From a virus: DNA of 49,856 nucleotides. The notes beneath the pieces were generated by a model that was not told the DNA's origin, did no database searches, and saw only the letters and a program-made list of their open reading frames with translations. Positions within the stretch are counted from its first letter, which is position 1; each line of letters opens with the position of its first letter. Shown piece by piece: positions 16,484 through 24,089 of this stretch. The stretch is from positions 1-49,856 of the IMG/VR virus record IMGVR_UViG_3300037313_000092; one strand, 5' to 3'. The position numbers and the translations under genes were made by a program.

Positions 16484-16543
16484 ATGCTTTTGTATATCTA
16501 TTGGATGGTCATGTTTGACCAGATGTGGAAGGTGCGTCCATGA
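16484..16543 (+). CDS. Upstream mini-ORF (19 aa), coupled to the GGCT-like gene
   Basis: AAGGAG 7 nt upstream of the ATG. The peptide is MLLYIYWMVMFDQMWKVRP. Its TGA overlaps the ATG at 16540. Confidence 0.3.
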   Translation: MLLYIYWMVMFDQMWKVRP

Positions 16544-16938
16544 CCCGTGTGTTCGTATACGGCACGCTGAAGAAGGGCTACGGCAATTCTCACTTACTGA
16601 GAAACGCTGAGTTCGTCGGGCATGGCTACACCATCGAGACCTACCGGATGTTCAACGTTGGTTTCCCGATCATCCGTGAGTGCGAGGACGGCAACCCTGT
16701 ATACGGTGAGGTCTATGAGGTCGATGATCAGACCCTGAAGAACCTCGATCGCCTCGAAAATGAAGGCGTCATGTACGATCGCAAGGTCGTCAATGTCGGC
16801 CTGCCTTGCGGCAAGGACACACCAATCATCGAGCATGGTGTCTCCATCTACGTCGGCAATCCGGAGTACTGGGACAAACACACTCCGGCGCCATATACCC
16901 ACCACAATACTTACGGAGAACTCGAATGGCATCCGTGA
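16540..16938 (+). CDS. Gamma-glutamylcyclotransferase (GGCT/AIG2-like) family protein
   Basis: 132 aa. It has the N-terminal VFVYGTLKKGYGNSHLL and YGEVYEVDDQTLKNLDRLE, the family signature with the conserved acidic residue. Confidence 0.75.
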   Translation: MTRVFVYGTLKKGYGNSHLLRNAEFVGHGYTIETYRMFNVGFPIIRECEDGNPVYGEVYEVDDQTLKNLDRLENEGVMYDRKVVNVGLPCGKDTPIIEHGVSIYVGNPEYWDKHTPAPYTHHNTYGELEWHP

Positions 16939-17159
16939 CCGAAAAGATGTTCGTTGTGTACAGTATTAAACAACCCAATGAACCAAATCCGGGCGAAATC
17001 GTCATTCAGCGCGCTAGGCTCACAGCAGGCGAGGCGAGGCGAGATGTAGAAGAGTACGCCCGGAGTTGTCCCGGTGCTACATTCTATGTAGGCAGGATCA
17101 CCCCGGTCACACGATGTTCGTACAACCTCAATCCACGATTGGAGATCGATGATGTCTGA
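16926..17159 (+). CDS. Small protein of the amidoligase operon
   Basis: 77 aa. The ATG lies 13 nt inside the GGCT stop region. Confidence 0.45.
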   Translation: MASVTEKMFVVYSIKQPNEPNPGEIVIQRARLTAGEARRDVEEYARSCPGATFYVGRITPVTRCSYNLNPRLEIDDV

Positions 17160-17364
17160 CCGCACCTGCTACATCGACGGGATGCCTTGCGACTGTACGT
17201 TCCATGATGTTCTCAACGACGGCTGCCCTCGTGATGAATACGTTCACGAGGAAGATCAAGACTACTCGGACTGCGTCGATGAACCCGAACTCGAAGCCTT
17301 CATCGATCGTGAATACTACGCACAAAACCACGGAGCACATGATGACGAAACCCGCAGATTTTAA
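17149..17364 (+). CDS. Small very acidic Cys-rich protein
   Basis: 71 aa (MMSDRTCYIDGMPCDCTFHDVLNDGCPRDEYVHEEDQDYSDCVDEPELE...). It overlaps both neighbours. Confidence 0.5.
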   Translation: MMSDRTCYIDGMPCDCTFHDVLNDGCPRDEYVHEEDQDYSDCVDEPELEAFIDREYYAQNHGAHDDETRRF

Positions 17365-18202
17365 CAAGGTCAAGGACTGGCTTCACAGCCTTGCTGAGGT
17401 GAAAGAAAACTCCACGGCGCGGTATGCTACTTTCAACGCCACTCAGCAGACCACGACTTCGGGTGCGGAGGTCTGTTTCCATAACATTTCCACCCGGTGC
17501 AACGGCGCCACGATATTGGGCATTGCGTTCCAAGGCTACGGCGGTTTCCGCGAAGGCGATAGATTCCGCCCGGCGATCGAGAGTGATTTGTATACGAATA
17601 TCACTTACCCGTTCGTCAATTACTCGGGCTACCACTACAACGAGGTTTCACTCCAATGGCTGGAATGTATTCTGGACCCGGCGGGTCCGTTCAAGACGCT
17701 GCTGCCTCTGATGAACACGGCCGATCCGGTGAAAGTGCAGGAACAATACGGCTTTATCTTCCCGGATGTTTCTTCGATCCCCGCACGCCTGACGTGGTGC
17801 TTCGCGATCGCGTCTCGGCTTGGCTTTGCGAATGCCCGGGTCGTCTGGCGTTACTTGCATCTCTTGGCGAAGGGTCTGGACAAGAAGACGGCCTTCTTGA
17901 TCGCGGGTGGGTTTGAACACGAAGTCCGAGACGGTGTTCTGACCGGCAAGATCATCAAGAGCTATACCGCCGGGTTCCTCGGTGTGGATGTCACAGCCTA
18001 CGCCGGCAGGTTCTTGACGGCTACCCCAGTTGCAGATAAACCCTACCGGGAGTTTAGCCCTGGGACATACGGTTCCTCAGAAGTCTTCAAGTCCGGCAAG
18101 ATCGACATGGCGAAGCTGCGGTTCGATAGTTGGGATGAAGTCATCGAGTACACCCAGAAGCGCGGCCGCGAGCAGTCCGAGACGTTGAAGATCGCTGCCT
18201 AG
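17339..18202 (+). CDS. Unknown protein of the amidoligase operon
   Basis: ATGATG at 17339 with GGAG upstream. 287 aa. No motif recognised. Confidence 0.55.
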   Translation: MMTKPADFNKVKDWLHSLAEVKENSTARYATFNATQQTTTSGAEVCFHNISTRCNGATILGIAFQGYGGFREGDRFRPAIESDLYTNITYPFVNYSGYHYNEVSLQWLECILDPAGPFKTLLPLMNTADPVKVQEQYGFIFPDVSSIPARLTWCFAIASRLGFANARVVWRYLHLLAKGLDKKTAFLIAGGFEHEVRDGVLTGKIIKSYTAGFLGVDVTAYAGRFLTATPVADKPYREFSPGTYGSSEVFKSGKIDMAKLRFDSWDEVIEYTQKRGREQSETLKIAA

Positions 18203-18210
18203 GAGGTTCT

Positions 18211-18846
18211 ATGGTCGGACTACAAGGCTGGCGGTATCACGTCGTCGGCGGAGACAAAGACATTGAGAAGATGATGGACGAGGCATGTGCGATTTCATCA
18301 TCGCTACAGAGAGCCGAGATCGTTATCTTCTCAGGCGGCACGGATGTTGATCCATCGGTTTATGGGCAGGGGCGCCACAATAAGACGCAACCGCCTGACA
18401 CCGACCGTGATAGGATCGAGCAAGCCATATACCATGCTTGTGTCGCCAAGAAAAAGTACCTCATCGGCATCTGCCGTGGGGCACAACTCCTGAACGTACT
18501 CAACGGCGGCCAGTTGTGGCAGCATATCGATGGGCACCACGGTCCACATCCGTTGATATACTATGATGAAGGCCAGAACAAAGTCATGGTTCCGGTGACA
18601 TCGGATCATCATCAATTGATGAAACCAACGGCGGACGGACGACTGTGGGGTGTTGCGACGGAGAGCCATCGCCGTGAAAGCCCCGGTATCGTTCAGACAA
18701 CTTCCAAATACCATAACTCAGACCCCGAGATTGTCTTCTACAAGGCGACACGGAGCCTGTGTTACCAGCCCCATCCAGAGTGGGGTATCGCGAGCGATCG
18801 TGATTTGTTTATGAATTGTGTCCGGAGGCTTATGCTAGGCGGATGA
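18211..18846 (+). CDS. Class-I glutamine amidotransferase / peptidase C26-like gamma-glutamyl hydrolase
   Basis: AGGAGG RBS. The nucleophile elbow is GICRGAQLLNVLNGG. SDHHQ and QPHPE (the QFHPE equivalent) are also present. 211 aa. Confidence 0.75.
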   Translation: MVGLQGWRYHVVGGDKDIEKMMDEACAISSSLQRAEIVIFSGGTDVDPSVYGQGRHNKTQPPDTDRDRIEQAIYHACVAKKKYLIGICRGAQLLNVLNGGQLWQHIDGHHGPHPLIYYDEGQNKVMVPVTSDHHQLMKPTADGRLWGVATESHRRESPGIVQTTSKYHNSDPEIVFYKATRSLCYQPHPEWGIASDRDLFMNCVRRLMLGG

Positions 18847-18998
18847 AATATTATCAACGCTATGTTACGTTCGAGGAGGTTCCTGACCACGCGAAAGATA
18901 AGCTTTTTCAGGAGCTTCTAGACCACCTCGGTTTCAAAGTCTTGGCGGAAGAAACGCCGGATTATGATGCGTATTCGCTTGAAAAGGAAAATACTTAA
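18843..18998 (+). CDS. Small acidic protein of the amidoligase operon
   Basis: ATGA overlap upstream and TAATG overlap downstream. 51 aa (MKYYQRYVTFEEVPDHAKDKLFQELLDHLGFKVLAEETPDYDAYSLEKENT). Confidence 0.45.
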   Translation: MKYYQRYVTFEEVPDHAKDKLFQELLDHLGFKVLAEETPDYDAYSLEKENT

Positions 18999-20341
18999 TG
19001 TGCGGCATCGTCGGCGTCATGGCCGATAAACTATCGACTGGAGATATTCTTAAGTTCAAGGATATGTTCACGTTCGCCCAAGTCCGAGGCGACGATGGAG
19101 CGGGGATTATCGCTGTTCCGAAGAAGGACAACATCGGTAATGTTCGAACCCGAAAGACGTTGTGGTCCTCAGGTCACTTAGTGACAACGAAGGATTATGA
19201 CGATGTGACCAAAGGCGAGCTTAGTATCTTGATCGGCCATGCTCGTCAACCCACGAAAGGCGCATCAAAGATCGATAATGTCCACCCGCATCACTCTGGG
19301 CATATCCATCTTGTCCACAATGGTACGATGCATTACGTCGGCGGGAGTACTGTCGGTATCAATGAAAGCGACAGCAAAGTCATCTGCAAGACTATCGCCG
19401 AAAAGGGTGCGAAACACTTTGTGGAAAACTCGTCTGGAGCATACTGCCTGCTTTGGGTAGACACAGAAAAACAGACGATGAACTTCCTTCGCAACCGTGA
19501 ACGCCCTTTGTGGGTTGTTGAAGAACGTTTCACAAAGAACTCTCCGTACGTCCATCGTATGTGGTGGGCTTCTGAGTTATGGATGGTTACGATTGCCCTG
19601 AGCAGGTATGCCGGGTACGACAAGGATTGCTTCAAGGCTTTCCAACTTCCGGTAAACGATCACTATGAGTTCCCGTTGCCCAACCAGACGTACGGGCTGC
19701 GCGATCCAGTCGTCACTAAGATCGAGAAACCGACATCGTATTCATCAGGTACGATGTGGGACGGATATTTCTTCGACGACGATCAAGATGTTACAGGTAC
19801 AGGGACGGGTAAAAGTGTGGTCCCTTTTCGACTCGAAAGTTCAAAAAGTACCAGCGACAACAGCAAAAACTCCACAAGCGTCACGACAAGCGGAGGGTTT
19901 AAGTATACCCCTCCCGTGGAGCGTGTGGATGGAACTCCTCCTTTCGTCTCTCCCATGAGGGTACTCGAACGCTCGCGAGATGATGCTCGGTTGGCAACTG
20001 CAAAACAAGAGAACATCGAACGCACCAAGCAACCTTCGACGGACGAGGAAAAGGAGGCTAACCCTTCGGGTGGTACGTTTCCGCGAGGAGCCTATAACTT
20101 CTCTCAAGACACCTGTACGTCGGCAATCCGTCCGATTGAAAGCTTCGCGGAGAAAGACCGAAAGCGGGTCATGGACTTGGTATCGGGTGGCCCTTGCGTG
20201 TGGTGCAGTACCAAGCCTGTGTTTGTTGGCCCTCATACTCCTCTTATTTACCCCGTTCGTTTTACTCAAACGCGCGGTGAATACGTTTGCCACGCCTGTG
20301 TCTCGGACTTGGATGTCCAGAGAATGGTGGGGATTAACTGA
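18998..20341 (+). CDS. Class-II (Ntn) glutamine amidotransferase domain fused to a Ser/Thr-rich linker and a C-terminal Zn ribbon
   Basis: The nucleophile motif is MCGIVGV. RGDDGAG, GHARQPT, VHNG and ESDS are also present. The C-terminal part has CVWC...CHAC. No PRTase or synthetase domain is recognisable. Confidence 0.75.
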   Translation: MCGIVGVMADKLSTGDILKFKDMFTFAQVRGDDGAGIIAVPKKDNIGNVRTRKTLWSSGHLVTTKDYDDVTKGELSILIGHARQPTKGASKIDNVHPHHSGHIHLVHNGTMHYVGGSTVGINESDSKVICKTIAEKGAKHFVENSSGAYCLLWVDTEKQTMNFLRNRERPLWVVEERFTKNSPYVHRMWWASELWMVTIALSRYAGYDKDCFKAFQLPVNDHYEFPLPNQTYGLRDPVVTKIEKPTSYSSGTMWDGYFFDDDQDVTGTGTGKSVVPFRLESSKSTSDNSKNSTSVTTSGGFKYTPPVERVDGTPPFVSPMRVLERSRDDARLATAKQENIERTKQPSTDEEKEANPSGGTFPRGAYNFSQDTCTSAIRPIESFAEKDRKRVMDLVSGGPCVWCSTKPVFVGPHTPLIYPVRFTQTRGEYVCHACVSDLDVQRMVGIN

Positions 20342-20365
20342 TCCAATTGCGCTTGTAGGAGCCTC

Positions 20366-21184
20366 ATGTCTACTGTCTTTAATCTTGCTGGGATTACTAT
20401 CGGGGCAGACCCCGAACTCTTCGTTGCCCGCCGCGGTGTCATCGTCTCCGGCCACACCCTCCCTTTGGGAACAAAAGCCGAGCCCCTTAAAACCACCAAC
20501 GGTGCCGTACAAGTCGACGGGATGGCGGTGGAAATGAATATCCCCCCTACCACCGAGAAGGTAAAGTTCATCCAGAGTTGTGGCTACGTCCTCCAAGACC
20601 TTGAAAAGCTTATCAAAAAATCTGACCCGGAGATGTACCTTGTCTGCCAGCCGAGTGCTCGTTTCACGGAGACGTATCTTGCGGAGGTGCCTGAGAGTGC
20701 CAAAGAACTCGGCTGCAATCCTGATTGGGATGCGTATGATATGCAGCAGAACCCTCGGCCTAACGCTCCCGCAGGTCTTCGGACTGCTGGGGGTCACGTC
20801 CACATTGGTTGGGGTGATGGGTTTAACTGTGACAGCCTTGAGCATATCGGGCTCTGTGCTGAGGTAGCCAAGCAATTGGATTACTGCATTGGCCTTCCTT
20901 CGCTGGGATGGGACCTGGATAATGAACGCCGCAGCCTTTACGGCAAAGCCGGTGCGTTTCGCCCCAAGCCTTACGGCATGGAGTACCGGGTGTTGTCTCC
21001 TATGTGGCTAACCTCGGTGACGTATTTGTCTGTGATCTGGAGTGGATGTTTCAAAGCCCTCCGAATGATCAACGAAGGCGACATCCTTGATGAACGCTTC
21101 GACGGTACCGCCAGAAATCTCATCAATAACAATACGATTTCTTGGCGGACGCTATATCCTGACATCGAGAAGGCTATTCGATGA
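20366..21184 (+). CDS. GS/GCS-fold carboxylate-amine ligase (phiEco32-like COOH-NH2 ligase type 2 kind)
   Basis: AGGAG RBS. Motifs are GADPELFV, VQVDGMAVEMN and GGHVHIGWG. 272 aa. Confidence 0.6.
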   Translation: MSTVFNLAGITIGADPELFVARRGVIVSGHTLPLGTKAEPLKTTNGAVQVDGMAVEMNIPPTTEKVKFIQSCGYVLQDLEKLIKKSDPEMYLVCQPSARFTETYLAEVPESAKELGCNPDWDAYDMQQNPRPNAPAGLRTAGGHVHIGWGDGFNCDSLEHIGLCAEVAKQLDYCIGLPSLGWDLDNERRSLYGKAGAFRPKPYGMEYRVLSPMWLTSVTYLSVIWSGCFKALRMINEGDILDERFDGTARNLINNNTISWRTLYPDIEKAIR

Positions 21185-22170
21185 CGCTTTGGAACGTCGC
21201 ATTTAATGATACGCTCTCAGACCAGGATTTGAGTACGTTCACCGTAGGACAGGCAGCGCCCTTCCCACAACCTGTGCCTACTGCTCAACCCGGCTTCTTC
21301 GGAAGACCGCCGAGTTACTACTTCGAAGAAGAAACCCATCAAGGTGTTTTTAACGCCAATCGAAGTAGTCTACAGGCTTGGAACGCATCGCATCGTCCCG
21401 GACCGGCATGGACGGAGGCTGACGAAAATCAACTCGTCAATAAACTCTGTATGACGTGGTTCGGTGAGCCATACAACTGGAGTGATTGGACGACAGAGTA
21501 CCAACCACTGAACTTGGATAAGCTCGACCCAATCGTCAAGCGTAAACGTCCGTTGCCATCGTTCAAGATCGATTACCAGACGTACGCAGAGATCAAGCTT
21601 CGTCTGCTGAACACGATCATCTTGATCAACGGTGTTCCTTTCTACGTTGGCAAGATCAAGCAGAAAGGGGAAGACTACGTTCTCGGGGTAACCGGCGATG
21701 GTCAGTCTGGCTACTTTACAGTGAAATACTCGGATATCAAGGACCTCAGGTCTTTGCCTCCGATGTATATCACAACGTCCAAAACCGGATGGTTGGCGCG
21801 ACACCCAGGCCGTGTTTACCAACAAGGTGCTACGCGGCAGAACACCATGATGTTCAGCATCGATGGTCGAGATAGTTGGGGCATAGACAGCTCAAATATG
21901 CTGCGTGCTATAAGCCGCCGCGAAAACAGAAAGTGGAATGAGACTTTGTTAAGTCTTATGAAAAGCGGTGATCTGACCAATACTCGTTTATCTGACGAGG
22001 TTGCAGTCTTAAGATCGAGTGATAAAATCCTGGCCTGCTATAAGGCGCGGCCTTTGGGTTTTATTCAAGACAACACCGTCACACTGATTGACGAAGACGA
22101 TATACTCCAAGGCTGGATTGAAGCATCCGCCGAGGAAGTTGGTTTAGAACTCAGGGTCGGCAATGTTTAG
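21181..22170 (+). CDS. Unknown protein between the two ligases
   Basis: 329 aa with an ATGA overlap to the upstream gene. No motif recognised. Confidence 0.55.
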   Translation: MTLWNVAFNDTLSDQDLSTFTVGQAAPFPQPVPTAQPGFFGRPPSYYFEEETHQGVFNANRSSLQAWNASHRPGPAWTEADENQLVNKLCMTWFGEPYNWSDWTTEYQPLNLDKLDPIVKRKRPLPSFKIDYQTYAEIKLRLLNTIILINGVPFYVGKIKQKGEDYVLGVTGDGQSGYFTVKYSDIKDLRSLPPMYITTSKTGWLARHPGRVYQQGATRQNTMMFSIDGRDSWGIDSSNMLRAISRRENRKWNETLLSLMKSGDLTNTRLSDEVAVLRSSDKILACYKARPLGFIQDNTVTLIDEDDILQGWIEASAEEVGLELRVGNV

Positions 22171-23089
22171 CGAAAACGCCAAAATGCTTTTCCACGAACT
22201 CTGCAATAAGCAGAAGAAAGTCGCGGATGTGGGCATCGAACTCGAGATCGAAGGATTAAACCTTCCTTCGCCTGTGCCGCATTGGAACTCCAAGCCAGAA
22301 GGTAGTCTCCAGAACGGCATCGAGTATATCACAAAACCAATCAAAGCCGATGCTGTCGAGGTTTACGTGGATAACCTCAGGAAGTACATCCAGCTTTCCG
22401 GCGGTGAGATCAAGCCGAGCTATCGATGTTCGACACATATCCATGTGAATATGCTGCCTGAGGCAACGTCGGATATGCTTGGCTTCTACGTCATCTTCAT
22501 GATGTTCGAACCTCTATTCCTGACGTTGTGCGGCAATCAACGAAACGGCAATCTGTTTTGTATGTCATCGTACGATACCGGCGATGCGGTGATTTTGTTT
22601 AATACCCTCTGCCGTATCGTCCACCAAACACGAACACATGGTTTTGGGTTCAGCCGAGGGAAGTACTCCAGCCTGAATGCCGATAGGCTGAGTGATCTTG
22701 GCACACTCGAAGTCCGCTCATTTCCACTAAGTGTGGATGGGTTTACCGTGTCCAAGTGGGTCAAGTGGCTCATGAACATGAGGCAGATGGCGCGCGACGA
22801 GACGGACAAGACCTACCGTGGGTTGTGGAAACAAGTCCGGCAGAACGGGGACATCAGCGCCCTTAAGATTTTCGACAGTGATTTGTTCTCGATTTCCAAT
22901 GCCCATGAGCTTCTGGAACTCGGGACGGAAGGGGCATATGAACTCACCAAAGTCCTGAAGACGTGGTATTATGATAACCCCGAGGTGCGGAAGCCTAGGA
23001 AGAAGAAGTCGCCTCCCAGCTTCACGGTACCGACACCGTCTGATATGGACGCGGTGATTGATAGCCTTGTAGACGACACGGAGTTCTAA
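22163..23089 (+). CDS. Putative amidoligase (Amidoligase_2 kind, GS-fold carboxylate-amine ligase)
   Basis: Motifs are VGIELEIEG, EGSLQNGIEYITKP and STHIHVN. 308 aa. Confidence 0.65.
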   Translation: MFSENAKMLFHELCNKQKKVADVGIELEIEGLNLPSPVPHWNSKPEGSLQNGIEYITKPIKADAVEVYVDNLRKYIQLSGGEIKPSYRCSTHIHVNMLPEATSDMLGFYVIFMMFEPLFLTLCGNQRNGNLFCMSSYDTGDAVILFNTLCRIVHQTRTHGFGFSRGKYSSLNADRLSDLGTLEVRSFPLSVDGFTVSKWVKWLMNMRQMARDETDKTYRGLWKQVRQNGDISALKIFDSDLFSISNAHELLELGTEGAYELTKVLKTWYYDNPEVRKPRKKKSPPSFTVPTPSDMDAVIDSLVDDTEF

Positions 23090-23926
23090 ATGATCATTCA
23101 TCCGTACAAGCTCGGCAGCCGTAGCGCCAAACGCATCAGGGCGGCTGTCAATGCGTTGAGTGATAGGAAGGTCTGCTGGGTACTACAGCGCAAGCCACGC
23201 CATCCCAGAGCCCTTATAATCAATTGGGGAGGGCAGGAAATTCACTTCCCCGAAGGCCAGTGCTGGATCGTCAATCCTCCATCCGAAACCCAAGTAATGG
23301 CCGACAAGATCAAGTTCTTCGAAAGGACCAAACATGACAAAAACCTCCTGCAATGGACAACTGACCGATCTACTGCTTCCGAATGGGGAACTAAAGGAGA
23401 GAAAGTTTTCGTTCGGCACCTCACTAGAGGAAGTGGTGGACGAGGTATTGATGTATGGTCCGCTTCCGGAGGGACGGTTATTCCAATGGCACCTCTATAC
23501 ACTCGGCACCAAAAGAAAACTCACGAATACCGTGTACACATGGGTCGAGCGCTCAACGGATCAGAGTTCAGCCCGATCCTAGTTCAACGCAAAGTCTGGA
23601 GGCCAGAACTAAATGGACAGCCAAAGTCATGGGACGTACGCAGTCACGACAACGGTTTCATTTTCCAAGCTTACCCAGAGGACAAGCTCACCACACTGCC
23701 CAAAGAGATATTCCGGGTGGCTACAACGGCCATGGCTAAGTACTTCCCGGAAATGCACTTTGCGGCGTTGGATGTACTTTACCACCAACCCAGCGATACA
23801 GCAGTTATCTGCGAAGGTAACACTGCACCCGGGTTGGAGAACCATACCGTGGACGTCTACGCCAAATATTTCTTGGAGCTAGAGGCTGATTTCAAGAAAG
23901 AACGACTAAGTCCTTGGAGTAGTTAA
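23090..23926 (+). CDS. ATP-grasp ligase (RimK-like)
   Basis: It has the Gly-rich loop LTRGSGGRGIDVW, plus HEYRVH and ALDVLY...ICEGNTAPGLE (the E-x-N Mg site). 278 aa. Confidence 0.7.
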   Translation: MIIHPYKLGSRSAKRIRAAVNALSDRKVCWVLQRKPRHPRALIINWGGQEIHFPEGQCWIVNPPSETQVMADKIKFFERTKHDKNLLQWTTDRSTASEWGTKGEKVFVRHLTRGSGGRGIDVWSASGGTVIPMAPLYTRHQKKTHEYRVHMGRALNGSEFSPILVQRKVWRPELNGQPKSWDVRSHDNGFIFQAYPEDKLTTLPKEIFRVATTAMAKYFPEMHFAALDVLYHQPSDTAVICEGNTAPGLENHTVDVYAKYFLELEADFKKERLSPWSS

Positions 23927-23960
23927 GGAATAAAAATATCTCCCTGAGTGAAGATTATGC

Positions 23961-23989
23961 TTGACAAAGCACGTAGAAACGTGTATGCT
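23961..23989 (+). promoter_or_regulatory. Sigma70-type promoter upstream of the replication genes
   Basis: TTGACA (23961-23966), a 17-nt spacer and TATGCT (23984-23989). Confidence 0.6.
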
Positions 23990-24089
23990 GGCGCAATCCT
24001 TTGCCCGGGGAGATATATCTACCTATAGTCCCCGCGATGAATTTGATGTGATTGAAGTATCGCAGAACCCTAGAGGAGTATTATGGTAA

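Noticed and set aside
19841-20875. 344-aa minus-strand ORF, the longest antisense ORF
   Set aside because: It lies opposite the Ntn amidotransferase and the GS-fold ligase, both of which have unmistakable catalytic motifs. Its composition (Arg/Leu/Ser-rich) is typical of a GC-rich antisense frame.
23936-24016. 9-bp inverted repeat ATATCTCCC / GGGAGATAT bracketing the replication-module promoter
   Set aside because: The arms are about 63 nt apart and enclose the promoter itself. The stem is short and has no terminator-like T-run, so it is probably fortuitous.
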